A stretch of DNA of 64,000 bases from Ylistrum balloti (lineage: Eukaryota), in assembly GCF_031769215.1 (NCBI RefSeq), contig NW_026781864.1:806001-870000 (forward strand). The letters are read 5' to 3'. Every line of letters starts with the position of its first letter. Position 1 is the first letter of the stretch. Made by a program: the position numbers and the translations under genes. Positions 14,184 to 27,534 of the stretch are shown piece after piece. The notes under the pieces are model-generated. The model made no database searches. It was given only the letters and a program-made list of their open reading frames with translations, and was not told where the DNA came from.

Positions 14184-16719
14184 TGTATGATATAAATCCA
14201 ACTAACACGTTCAGCGCTTGTCAATTCAGTAAATTAAACTTAATTAATTGGTGAGATAAATGAATCAATTTGTCACAATCAATGTAGTTTTAAAGAAAAT
14301 CTTAGCACGTGTCATTCACTCTTTCCCCATACAACAAGCACTGTAGCTGTGGAAAAACCGACACAATGTCAGTGTCTAAATCATCATAAATTATACAATT
14401 AAATAACGCCGCCAGCAAACGATCTTTACAGAATAACTTTGAAAAAAAAAACTGAATGTCATATCAATATTTTATGAAAATTGTATGCAAACGTTTACTT
14501 TCAAAATACGTTCTAAACAAACACATTACAGTGAAAAGTTGTCACTTGTAGCAGAAGAATATTGATAGTATTTAAAACATGTCTATTGATCGAGGTCTAT
14601 ATCAAATGAATGGGTTGCCATGTGAGATATCCCAGCCTTTTGTCAATATTTACGATGCAGTTTGATGTATTAAGGAGGATTGCACCATTAAGTAAAAGTC
14701 CAGATACGAAATGAGTAGAAACCCTTCTTTCACATCTGTAGACATGCACAACGTTTCTGCTATACTTTTTTTACCTCTGAATTGAAGAATTCAGAAACAG
14801 AACGATATATTTGACACACAAGATTTTGATAATGAACAATGTGTCAGTATGTTATAAATTCTCAATAATGATCTCTAATTGTTTGGTGAATCGTTTGTTT
14901 ATTATTAATTTAATTTTATTTTTATTTCTTTCAAAGTTTTAAAAGAAAAACAATATGAGAAAGTCTTTATCGGTATAATGTATGTTCGGCCGTATTGATG
15001 GTATGGCAAGTGGACTGTGTGTATTTGTGTCTGGGTACACAACAAACCTTGTCAAAATTGTCACCGAATTATTACATTGTGGAAATAAAGTTGCTTTTGA
15101 TTTGAAAGGATGTTTTAACATTTAGACCTTAAAACAACTTTTATGTCATAAGAAAATATATATCTTTTTTTAATATTAAGATGGGACATGGACGAGATGT
15201 TAACAGATCAACATTGAACCCAAAGGTTATGTTTAACAAACTCAACAATTTTAAAGGAAAAAAAACATAAAAGGGTGTTTTTATACATAATTTACCGGCA
15301 TGATGTCATACCGATGTTGATGAACTCATAACTCTGTTGTTTCTCTGACTGGGGTCTGGGATATCTATATAAGTACGAAAACATCTTCAGAGAACGCATA
15401 GTAATTGTGTAATCTGTGTTTGCTGTATTCATCGCCCTGTGAACAGCCAGTGTCATGATGAGGCGAGGTATCATTTTGTATCAGTTGGCGGATACCTTAC
15501 TAAACAACAACCGGGATGTCCGTCGCGAGTCATCCAACCACAGGTAGGGATCGTCCCACTTCCGCTGTACCGACAAGGATGTCACGCCATCTTGAATAAC
15601 AAGGATCCAGTAAGGACGAAAAGGATTCATTACTTATCTACTGATAATAATGAGGGAGGACCGAGTTCGATTAGTAAATGGTACTGTAGTACACTGTACA
15701 CTGTAGTTGAACACAGTAGTACAGTGTTCAACCACTTGTCACTAAAAGACAACAGTTTCTACTTAGGTTGAATGGTATTTGATAGAATGTATAACTGATT
15801 GGGACGAAAACGGTAAAGGGTAAAAATTCTACTTACATGTCATATATCAACTGAGGACGAAGAGGACTATTATACACTTCGGTCAAATAGTGATTGAAAA
15901 GAACATATACATATAGGTACGAAAAGGTAGGATAAATAACTCATTTGGGTCGGAAAATAATTATATAGTGAAAATGAATCGTGATTGAAAACCACTGCGG
16001 TGAAAAAAAATGAATGAAATGGGTGAAAGGATTGAATAATCTAGTGAGATCGAATGGTGATCGAATAGCGTTTATCCATGGGTGAAAGAATTGAATAATT
16101 TAGTCAGGTTGAATGATCAATGAAAAATGTATATAGGATCTTAAGTGGGTTTATCATCACTCTGGCGAGCAAACCTTTAAACTCCGAAACGGCTTGCATT
16201 AAATCTTATACAAAATGAAAGCAAATTCAAGATACATTTCATTGCATATCTTAAGTTAAGCCATTTCGCTGCGCCATTTTTAATTCATGACGTAACGTCA
16301 TTGTCCACAGTCTAGAATCAGAGTCAATTTGTGACTGGCGCAGCCAATGAAAAACGCTCCAGGGTATATTACTCTAGTGATAAACACACCATTGCCAAAA
16401 ATATAATATCTCTTGATACAAACGGATTATGTGGGAAACATGTAAATCAACAGGTGTGAGAAACATGTAAATCAACAGGTGTGAGAAACATGTATGTAAA
16501 CAGGTGGCGAGAAGGCAGAATTACCTAGAGAGATCGCCAAATGACTAAATAATGAATGTAACTGAAAGTATTTATATATATACTGAAGCTAACATATAAT
16601 TGAAAATTTACTTATTCCTTCAGTTTATCAGTCAACGATAAGAACAAAGACCTTCCTCGTTTATATTGGATTTTCAATTTTAATAAATAATTTATGTAAA
16701 CGACGTTACGTGAATTTAT

Positions 16720-16980
16720 ACAACACATCTTTGGCCAAGCGTTTTCCCATACATAGCATTATCAGGATTATCAGTATACTACAAAGTTTATACCCTAAAA
16801 GTGGGGTTTATGGCTTGTTTTATGTAAAGCCGTCTTGGAAAAGCATTCCTAATATTTAAGAATATTGATAGTTCATGCACACTTTTATACCAAATTCCAA
16901 AACAATTGGTGTCCTTCATTATCTGGTTATCGGAGGAAGAAAATGGGAATCTTCCGTTGGAAATACTTCTAAAGAACACT
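16720..16980 (-). pseudogene. Possible Polinton/Maverick DNA polymerase B relic
   Basis: Broken translation ..YIKQAIN.. / DNPDNAMYGKTL loosely resembles the pPolB motif KL.NN(A/S)..GKT; match is short. Confidence 0.25.
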
Positions 16981-18427
16981 TTAGAAATGAAATATACTCA
17001 TAAAAAACCATGAGAGTGATCTAAATTATGGTTGGCAATATTGTGTCGATTTGACTCGATATTTAATTACATGCATTCAATATAACGATTTCTGAGTTGA
17101 CACTTCAACTTCAGATCGATGAGGAACATTTTATTATCGATATTATGCACTCATTAGGAAATGTTTAATCTTTAAGAGTGATTTACTCAGATGTGTCCGA
17201 TGTTTGTTAACATATATGGTGGTTGTGTTGTTATAAAACACATGGAACAGACCAAACCTTCCTAAGACTTGTGAAGATTTAAATGCCGCCTTTCGTCGAT
17301 GAAGCAGAAGATGCTTACCCTTTTGGAACATCTATCGTATCGTTCTCAAAGCTTTGCATTTGTGCATCTCTTGGCACCGTTTCAACGGTTTGTAGTTGGA
17401 ATATTTAGACTGGATTACCTACCTTAGTTTAAACATTCCTCCGCTAGACTGAGCTCATTAAAACTATTGTATTTTCGAAGCGACATCTAGCGGAGTGTTG
17501 GAAAACTACGGCAGGCAATCCAATCTATTGATATATTGAGCTTAAATTCTGGAGCAGTGACAACACAAATTAGGATAACCAAGACCGTACTATTCATTCA
17601 CAAATGATCTGCAGGATTCCGTGTAGAGCTGATTTTCGGAGTGGTTTTAGCTTCACACAGACCCTCAAAGATTTGGAACCATCTTGAATATCGGAACTCT
17701 GCTTCAGTATTAAACGTTTAGCTTCAATACAAAACACAGGCCTATCTGTCAAGTAATACTCCAATGTGTAACTTCAAGGGGCGGTCACGTGTATAATATA
17801 TATATGTATGTATAAGGTTTCATTATAGAGTCTAAAACGTTGCGAGGACAAGATCCATCTGACGGATGGACGGACAGCCAGACAGATAAGTTGCTTTCAG
17901 TATACCAACATCCCTCCAAGATTAACTCTAGCTCTAGAAACTAACATCGTTAACCTCCATTTACTATAAATACAACATTGTAAACACATGTCGGAATTCT
18001 CACGTTTTTCAAATACCTACTGACAAAAAAATACAGTCTTATCGTAGGTTAATGGGACTAAAACGTATTGTGTTACTGACATTGTCGGTTTTAATCACCT
18101 ACTGTCAAAAATCTAATCTTTACAGGAATAGAAAAATGTACATATTGTATTGCAGTATCGTTTTCAGGATTACTTTCAAATCTTGATCTGTTATGTACAC
18201 TATCTGATCGTATATTAATTATTAAATGTTGTTCAGTAGAACGACTCCTGATAAATCAATTTTCACCATTTTTTATCTTCAATCATGCATATGTTTTCAA
18301 AATTTGAAAAAAAAAGCTATCCTTTGCAATACGATAAAAAACATCATATACTGTCAAAGCTGAAGAAAAACGATGTTAACTTAGTTTACTTCATACTTTA
18401 ATATGTTATTATTTACAGTGTTATAGT

Positions 18428-19820
18428 TTACACAGTAACTGGTAATTACTTTACACTGTACTAGGTAATAACTTTACACTGTACTAGGTAATTACTTTAT
18501 GCTTACATAGGTAATTACTTTACACTGTACTAGGTAATTACTTTACACTGTACTAGGTAATTACTTTATACTTACATAGGTAATAACTTTACACTGTACT
18601 AGGTAATTACTTTATACTTACATAGGTAATAACTTTACACTGTACTAGGTAATTACTTTATGCTTACATAGGTAATAACTTTACACTGTACTAGGTAATT
18701 ACTTTATGCTTACATAGGTAATTACTTTACACTGTACTAGGTAATTACTTTATGCTTACATAGGTAATTACTTTACACTGTACTAGGTAATTACTTTACA
18801 CTGTACTAGGTAATTACTTTACACTGTACTAGGTAATTACTTTACACTGTACTAGGTAATTACTTTACACTGTACTAGGTAATTACTTTACACTGTACTG
18901 TACATAGGTAATAACTTTACACTGTACTAGGTAATTACTTTATACTTACATAGGTAATTACTTTACTTTATACTGTACATAGGTAATAACTTTACATGTA
19001 CTTAATTACTTTATGTACATAAGTAATTACTTTACACTGTACTAGGTAATTACTTTACACTGTAAATTACTTTACACTGTACTATGTAATTACTTTACAC
19101 TGTACTAGGTAAATTACTTTACACTGTACTAGGTAATTACTTTAACACTGTACTAAGTAATTACTTTACACTGTACTAAGTAAATTACTTTACACTGTAC
19201 TAGGTAAATTACTTTACACTGTACTAAGTAAATTACTTTACACTGTACTAGGTAATTACTTTACACTGTACTGTAAATTACTTTACACTGTGCTAAGTAA
19301 ATTACTTTACACTGTACTAAGTAAATTACTTTACATTGTACTAGGTAATTACTTTACACTGTACTAGGTAATTACTTTATACTTACATAGGTAAATTACA
19401 ATGAATAATAAATTATTTTTACACTCTGTAATTACTTTACACTGTATTGGGTAATTGCGAATAATAAATTATTAATATAGTAAAATATGTTAATTACTTT
19501 ACATTGTAATTATACATGTTATTTTTACATTACTTTGTAACTAGTAAATTACTTTACACTGTACTAGGTAATTATTTTACACTGTACTAAGTAAATTACT
19601 TTACACTGTACTAGGTAATTACTTAACGCTGTACTAAGTAATTACTTTACACTGTACTAAGTAATTACTTTACACTGACATATGTAGTTACTTCATAGCG
19701 AAATAATATATCAATTTTACACAGTAACTGGTAATTACTTTACACTGTACTAGGTAATTACTTTACACTGTACTAGGTAATTACTTTACACTGTACTAGG
19801 TAATTGCTTTTTTATAGAAA
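18428..19820. repeat. ~23-bp minisatellite (GGTAATTACTTTACACTGTACTA), decaying in its right half
   Basis: Dozens of copies, with TTTATGCTTACATA variants. The array-start sequence TTTACACAGTAACTGG recurs at about 19717. Confidence 0.95.
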
Positions 19821-21152
19821 AAAAGGTAATTACTTTACATTGTAATAGGAAATCATTCTTACACATTGATGGCTAATTACTTAACCCTGTCATGTATAGT
19901 TACTTTACAAATCAATAGATAATTAAAAAACACAGGAATAGGTCATTTCTTTACACTGTTACAGGTTACTTACCACAAAGTAATTGGTAATTACGCAGAC
20001 CCTAAACGAAACGAGACGAAGATATAAGTATATTGCGTTTCTTTATAGCATAATAACATGCCTTAAAATATGATACTGAAAGTCTGGTTTGTAAAGCTGA
20101 CAGACGCTGCAGTGGTTTGCCATATCGATCAATGATAGTTGTAAATGAATATCAGACCACTGTTTACATAGCGTAACCTCCTGCAAGTGCCGCGTCATCA
20201 TTGATGATACAAAAATTACGGTAGATGTTCGACATTACATTTTATGACAATTTAACAGCGTTTTTAAAGTGGACTGCTTTGAAAGTTTTACATGTTACAT
20301 TATATTTTGTTACCAATACACTTAACTTCGAATACAACACGAATCTAATTTCCTTTCGATCAATTTATCTCAGATTCATTAAACAGATAACAAAAAAATC
20401 TAATATCTATAAGCACACGAACTGTTCGAGATCTATGATCAGCTGACAGGTGCTTGATGTCTATTATATTGAAACAAACATGTTATCTTTGAAAACAAAA
20501 AATATCTAGTCATTTGCAAATATCAAACAAATTAGACCTGTTCAGCTGTCTTTTCCCTTACGAGTGCAGCGGTTAGAAAAGGGTGAATACTTCCTCCGAG
20601 TCATAAAGAGTATAGAAGGAAAGTGAACTTTCAGCGGCATGTAGCTTTGAATTATTAAAAAAAAAAAAAAAAAGAAACACGCAACTTCATAAAGGCTCAT
20701 ATTCCATAAAGTCAGAACAAAATATGAACGAACGATATGTTTACAAGGAGAAACATGAAAATATACAAGAATAATGAGACCAGGTTTTCCGGGAGGGTAA
20801 GCGTCTTCTGCTTCCACATCAACATGATCCAGAGTATGTTTTCTTGGAAGTTCTGTTGTTGTGTAATATGTTCCCATTTGAAAACGTGACATTACTAACA
20901 TGAATAGACCAAGATTTACATGGCGGATACCTATGGGGAAAAGATTACATTTCCCTTTCATCTGGTATAATTCTGGTTTTCCATGAGTCTTCTTGTTTAA
21001 TTTTATTGAATTAGAGTTAGATCTTGAAATAACTGATTTTCTATCTCAGTTACATACTTACCTATCAATACAACACTGTACACGTCCTATAGCAGACAAA
21101 CTACAGGAATACAATCTCTCATTCAGCTTTAAGTTGAACGTTCGCTCTTGAG

Positions 21153-21190
21153 AACAAGAGATCCCAGAGGGACCTTGGCGCCCACCATTT
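21153..21190 (+). repeat. Dispersed element head AACAAGAGATCCCAGAGGGA.C.TGG.GCC.AC; second copy at ~48140-48175
   Basis: Two diverged copies 27 kb apart share AACAAGA.ATCCCAGAGGGA.C. Confidence 0.55.
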
Positions 21191-21412
21191 GAGGATCTGT
21201 TTTCAGTTCTTGAAGATTTGTTTATTTTGTTTGTTTGTTACAGGTGTTGTAAATGTCCATGAACTGGTCTTCATTGAATGTACTCAATGATGGCACAAGA
21301 TATTTTTATTAAGCACCTATTAGCAAATATCATTTGATAAAGATCCCAAAGTATTATTAGATAGCAGTCAGTTACAGGTGGATAATGGACAATATGCTTG
21401 TGCTTATTACTG

Positions 21413-21714
21413 TTAACATCCAAGATGGCTGCCAATTGGGCCAATCAGTCCAAAAAAGGTACAATGCACAACTTGGTACCTAGGGGAACCTGCATATGAA
21501 ATTTGAGAAAGATCCATCCAATACTTTCCAAGAAATAGCGGTAACAAGAATTGTTTACGAACCTGCATATGAAATTTGAGAAAGATCCATCTAGTACTTT
21601 TCCAGAAATAGCGGTAACAAGAATTGTTTACGGACGGACGGACCACGGACGGACCACGGACCACGGACGCAGGGCGATTTGAATAACCCACCATCTAATG
21701 ATGGTGGGCTAAAA
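21413..21714 (-). mobile_element. Non-autonomous Helentron/HINE (DINE-1/pearl-like) element
   Basis: Perfect hairpin CCCACCATC-TAAT-GATGGTGGG (21687-21708) next to a T-run end, a GGAC/CACGGAC microsatellite (21630-21670), and two ~60-70-bp tandem core subrepeats. Confidence 0.7.
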
Positions 21715-22314
21715 AGGCTTGGAGATTTTTTTTCTTGGAGGAAACATACCACAGCTGTTTTAGCTCTATATTGTGGTTGTGTAATGTTTGGTTTGTGACC
21801 GAATATGGAACTGCTGGTTGTCGTTAGCAGTATACTTCAGTAAGGTAGCACTTAAACGAACTCCATTCAAGCACTCACCTCGGATACACAGGGAAGCCCG
21901 ACTAAAACAGTTGATACCACATTGTGTAAAATAAAACCACACCAATAAGGAAACCATGCATGACCGGTATCTGTTGGTTGATTGTAATTTTTCTATTTCT
22001 TTTTGTCAGTTGTTAAGATACCGCAGGAGTACACAAGGTGCCTCCAAAAACCCAATGTTTAATTCACTCACTCTTCCAAATCCAACACATACACCACCTA
22101 AAGACCAATCATTTTGGCAAGTCATGTAGCAGAACACTTCGGTATTGAAAGCAAATCGTTTTAAGATTCTGAAACCATGTATCAATGTTAAATCGAAAAT
22201 GGATCACATTTAACCATTTTCCATTTGAGAACGAGACATAATTTAATTGGATTGACCAAGATTAAATAGGACGAACAATCTTGATAGTAACATAACTGCT
22301 TCCAAATCCCGCGG

Positions 22315-22953
22315 TGTTTACAGATCAAGATTGATTTAAGTGTTTGTTTCAAATATCAGATTCTCAAAAGGATATCGAAAGCTGGCATCAAGCAACACGA
22401 ACTTTTGTTTACAGGTCAAGATTGATTCAAGTGTTTGTTTCAAATATCAGATTCTCAAAAGGATATCGAAAGCTGGCATCAAGCAACACGAACTTTTGTT
22501 TACAGGTCAAGATTGATTCAAGTGTTTGTTTCAAATATCAGATTCTCAAAAGGATATCGAAAGCTGGCATCAAGCAACACGAACTTTTGTTTACAGGTCA
22601 AGATTGATTCAAGTGTTTGTTTCAAATATCAGATTCTCAAAAGGATATCGAAAGCTGGCATCAAGCAACACGAACTTTTGTTTACAGGTCAAGATTGATT
22701 CAAGTGTTTGTTTCAAATATCAGATTCTCAAAAGGATGTCGAAAGCTGGCATCAAGCAACACGAACTTTTGTTTACAGGTCAAGATTGATTCAAGTGTTT
22801 GTTTCAAATATCAGATTCTCAAAAGGATATCGAAAGCTGGCATCAAGCAAGACGAACTTTTGTTTACAGGTCAAGATTGATTCAAGTGTTTGTTTCAAAT
22901 ATCAGATTCTCAAAAGGATGTCGAAAGCTGGCATCAAGCAACACGAACTTTTG
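22315..22953. repeat. 91-bp tandem repeat, 7 near-identical copies
   Basis: Period 91, confirmed by five staggered 87-aa ORFs 91 nt apart in the ORF track. Confidence 0.97.
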
Positions 22954-24699
22954 AGAGAAGCAGATTCGTAAAGTCTTAACTAATTATTCTACTTCCTTGT
23001 TTGTTATAAAATGTGTCATGTTTGAAGTTCGATAGTAAATCCATTTGTTATGAACACTACGAATCAGAAGGAATTTTACCCTTACAGAACGTGTGGTCTT
23101 ACTTGTACTTTTTTCAGTGGTCTCCATGTAAGTTCTTTTTGTTCATGTTGTCCTTGTTTCATCACCGTAATCGAGTTTTGAATAAGGTTTTGTGAACAAT
23201 ATCTTGCTAAGGTAGCACTTCTTCTGACCTTAAACATTAAGTTATGGTGAAGTGATAGGTATTTTTCTTCTAAAAATCGATTCCCATGATTTTAAAAGAA
23301 CATATATATCTTTTTATGAAAATATTTGGGCATTTGTGTACCCGAGTGTACATGTAAGTTTAATTCTTTAATTTAAAAATTAACTGTAGTTAATCCCAGC
23401 ATACTATTGGCCAAAATTATTACCCTTGACCCTTTCATTTATTGTCATTTTAAACAAGAATTTTGAAGACTTTCGCACTGTTTACAGTCCTTCACATTAA
23501 TAAATTTGATGCATCATTAACTATAGTGTCAGTGAACAAGTATAATAACTGATGACCTTTTCTTTATTGAATTGTTTGAAGATCTTAAAGAAATTACCCT
23601 TAGTGACCTAGAAAGTGGGTCAAGGTTATTCAGTTGAATAAACTTGAAAGACTGCACTCTAGTAGTATGGCAATGCCAAATAACTTGACCCCAAGTCTAT
23701 TATTAACAGTATATTGAAATAGAAGTCACCTAATGGGGACTTGACAAGGAACAAACAGATGGTCAGCAGCACAACATCCTTAGCTCAATTACCCTTCAGG
23801 GTGAGCTTACAATATTAGTCATATTACTCCTCATTGATTATAAATGGTGACTCTACAACTATACATAATTATTCATCTGATGATTGAGTTAATTTAATTT
23901 TCCAATAACTACATCATATATAACTCACACAAACGTTTAGCTATAAATACACCTTATTTTATTACATTAAATAAATTTATCTACTAAAATTTCTACATAA
24001 AAATGTCTAGTCCTTTCATTGATGAAGTTGATATGATACAGAGCTTAAAATGGGAGGGTGAATATTTAATATTATTGTGGTCTTATATAGATGCTTTTGC
24101 AGTTCTACCTTATTTCAATGCATCATATTGTAGATATACTAAATCTAGTTATGTCTTCATAGTGTACTTAGATATATAACGTTCATCAGAACCAAGTTCA
24201 TGGTGTACATTACATAATATACCTATCTGGACCATTCTCAGTTAAAATTACCTCCTAACTACCAACAATACAGGTCCTTAGCATCACCTACAAACGATGA
24301 AACAACTGCTTGATGCAATTGAATTTATTGTATGACTTTGTCAAATTCTATATGTAGTATCTTTAAAGGTGCTATTCACTTGTGCATATTTTGTACAATC
24401 TTCACAACACAGATACCATTAATGTGGCTTGGAGATGAATATGATGCTTATTAGTATGTCTTGTGTTAGATTGAACAGACCATTGGCATGAAAATTAAGT
24501 GAGCTGTTCTCTTGCTGGTCTTCTTTTCAACGGAGGCTTATTTGTTCAAGAGCTTGTCAAAACAGACCTTAAAGATTGTACATAATCCTTGAATTTCACT
24601 CTCAGATATAGAAATATGTCCATTATATAAACTACAAGAATTGGAAAGTAAAGTTGCTTAACTTGATCTTTTCATACAATAAAATCAACAGGGACACAT

Positions 24700-24960
24700 T
24701 TTGACCAAGCTGTGTGATAAGTATGATGTTTTCAATTCCCCTCTTCTGAAATATCCATTTCTTAACAGCAACAGCCTGCATCTCCTATCTATGGTGTTTC
24801 CATATTGCAATTGATTCAGCATAAAACATTCTACATTTCAACAACAGACAAAATTCATATTACAAGGTTTCAAGAGAGAGCATCCTTAACTGATGTTATA
24901 GGAGCTAATGAATAATTGTTGATAAATTCTCAAAGAGCATGTAGAATTGTTGCTTACCAA
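24700..24960 (+). mobile_element. Penelope-like fragment
   Basis: TKLCDKYDVFNSPLLKYPFLNSN/PASPIYGVSILQLIQH, with one frameshift, matches TKLYDKRDDFNF.IVNFPFL.SNIPA.PAYGVYISQLIRY. Confidence 0.7.
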
Positions 24961-26884
24961 ACAAAACACAAAATCATGTATAAAATCTGGATCACAAATA
25001 AACATTTAAATAGAAATCAAACTTAAGTAAAAATATTATTTATTACAGAAATCAAATGCAAATATTGCATCATTCTCATTTTAAACATTAAGTTCTTATA
25101 AATTTCTGACACCAATATCTGTAAAATCTCTACATTCACACCAATAAAAAATCAATCATTCACACCTCAAAAAAAATCTAGGCTATTAGCTCTGACAAGA
25201 GAAAACATCCCACCTCATTACATGGTAAGTCCATCTTGTCTATGTACATTTAAAAGTCAACATTAATTCAATTCATCTGAATCAAAAATTGCTCAGCTAT
25301 CAAATCCATCAACATCATGTTATTGTTAATCATTTATTTTCATGGGAAATCTTTTCGTTAGGGTACGTTTAATCTATGGATTCTTATTTCAATGAACTGA
25401 AATAAGTGTAGTTTGATTTAAAAAGTTATCCAAGAAATCTCGGGACCACAAAATAGTGATTTGTTTTAATACCTGCAAAAATTGAACACCACACAATAAC
25501 ATGATCTTACAAAAAGTTGCTTGTACATAGGATTCTTGCACTGCAATCAACCCACATAAGGACAAGAAACATCTTGTATGGTCCCTTAAAACAAGAAAAT
25601 TCATCATGTACCATATCTTGTGAGGATCTTTAACAAGCCTTTTCCGTGCTGTGATGTCAGCATTTATATATGCATCAAATCTTTTTGACACCTGGTTTTA
25701 TCCTTCTAAGACAGGGTATTTACAGAGATTTTGGTTGATTGAACCATGCATTTATTTGTATATAATTTACAGCATTTAATGAAAAAATTTATTTTTACTT
25801 TTTTAAATTCCTCAAAGAAATAGAGTTCATAGTCAAGGGATGCAAACAGTTCATTAATCCACTGAAAATGTCATTTTTTCAAACTTAAAACTCAAACATG
25901 TCACCATGACTGCTGGAGTACTGCTTTTTGATGTTTTTTGAGTTGTCTTTATCTAAAACCTCAATTTGTAAGCAATACATTATACAATCACATTGAAGAT
26001 AGGTCATGGACTACAAAGAAATAAAATCCATGTGACCATTCCTAAATTTCTTTCAACAAAGTCTATATGAACCTAAAATTATATCAACTGAAATCAATAT
26101 ACATATCATAACAATCTCACAATAAATATTACCTTTTCTCTTATTTCCAGGGAGAAATTGTAACATGATAAAAACATTTGTACAACTTTGTTCCTACTTT
26201 ACTGAACCACTACATAAAATATGATGTCATACAAACTACAGCCAAACCTTCCATTTATCAATGTGATAAAGCTACATTCATTCCAAGTCTCACATTCATC
26301 ATATATGTAAGTACCTGTCCCCATTGTTATTCAAAGGGGAGGTAATTCTGAATTATTTTCAGATAAACTAGTCAGTTTTCATAATTACATCTCCTTTGGA
26401 ATCATTTGACACCTGTTACTGGTTGTAGAGGTATTCAGCTATGCCCAAACACATTTCCATGCAGGAAGTATAAATACAGGAGTATACTTTTATCACAGAT
26501 ACATACTCTGTAGAGACTAACGAGGAGTTGTTTCCCATCATCTGTTGCATATACATTTTGTATGTATAAAAATTGTCGTTTTTTTTTCAATCAGACTGAA
26601 TACTTAAAACTAAACAACAAGTAGAAAGTCATAAAAATCCTATTCATATCATTACTATATTAATTCAGCATCATAGAGGGGAAACTTCAACTAAAATTTC
26701 TAAAATAACTGAAACAAGTTAGATATCTCTATCACTAACCACAACATCTGTTCTATCATTGATATATAAAACAAGGATATGTGATCACTTTGTAAACATA
26801 CCTGAAGAATGTTGCATGTTCAAATGAAATGGTAATCAAATGACACAGGGGTAATGTGCCATCCATTCATCTGCCCAACCCTAT

Positions 26885-27010
26885 AATGTATGTTTCCAGC
26901 ATCTTCTTTTCACCTGATTGACCCCATGATGTATGTTTCAAGCACCTTCCTTTTACCTGATTGACCCCATGATGCATGTTTCTAGCACCTTCCTTTCACC
27001 TGATTGACTC
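26885..27010. repeat. ~43-bp tandem repeat, ~3 copies
   Basis: CACCTGATTGACCCCATGATG(T/C)ATGTTTC..GCACCTTCCTTT repeated. Confidence 0.75.
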
Positions 27011-27534
27011 CTTTATGAGTATGGAATTTGAATATGAAGAAAATTACCCTGAGAGAAATAGAGGGACTTGGGAATGAATTCAGAAGAGAAATGATCTCTT
27101 TGTGGAATGGGACCTACCTTAATCTGTGTTTATTACAATGGCATCATAGGCATTAGGCTTGATTTTCAATTGGTTTAAATCTGTGAATGTAATCACAAGG
27201 TAACAAATATAATGTTGGCATTTCTCACAACAGTGACAAAAATTTTAGTATAAATTGCATACCATGAACATTCACAAAACATAGTTAATTCATACTTGTT
27301 AATCTGTGTCTGTAATATATATTGAAAATGTGAAGTTATGGAACATTTGAGAGATCAATAAAATAACTTCTTGAAGAATATTCAGCATCTGCAGCAATGC
27401 TACCTCATCAGTGTTTCCTTTCCATCAGAAATAACATTGATAACTCACTCCAAATTACATCACTACCAATCACATTTCTCCAGTCTTGAACTGCTCTTCC
27501 AAGAATAAACTTATTGTTATATTGAAGGTGCTCA

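Noticed and set aside
15292-15630. 113-codon minus-strand frame with one in-frame TGA (possible selenoprotein or readthrough)
   Set aside because: No selenoprotein motif (no CxxU/UxxC), no SECIS recognised, not in frame with the FABP exon downstream, and such a frame is plausible by chance in this more GC-rich patch.
20542-20961. 139-aa minus-strand ORF
   Set aside because: Runs through a poly-T tract and a dispersed Penelope-associated repeat; not gene-like.
22315-22953. Tandem arrays as CRISPR-like or retrozyme arrays
   Set aside because: No unique spacers and a eukaryotic context. The closest ribozyme-like word (CTGATATTTGAAA, minus strand) lacks the CUGANGA core and a stem II.
22344-22971. 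Five near-identical 87-aa ORFs
   Set aside because: Artefact of the 91-bp repeat cycling through reading frames.
25389-25691. 100-aa minus-strand ORF (non-ATG start in the track)
   Set aside because: No recognisable motif or convincing splice sites; cannot be supported.
27385-27425. CTGATGAG..GAAT on the minus strand near the TRIAP1 3' UTR as a hammerhead
   Set aside because: GAAA is replaced by GAAT and stem II does not close next to the core.
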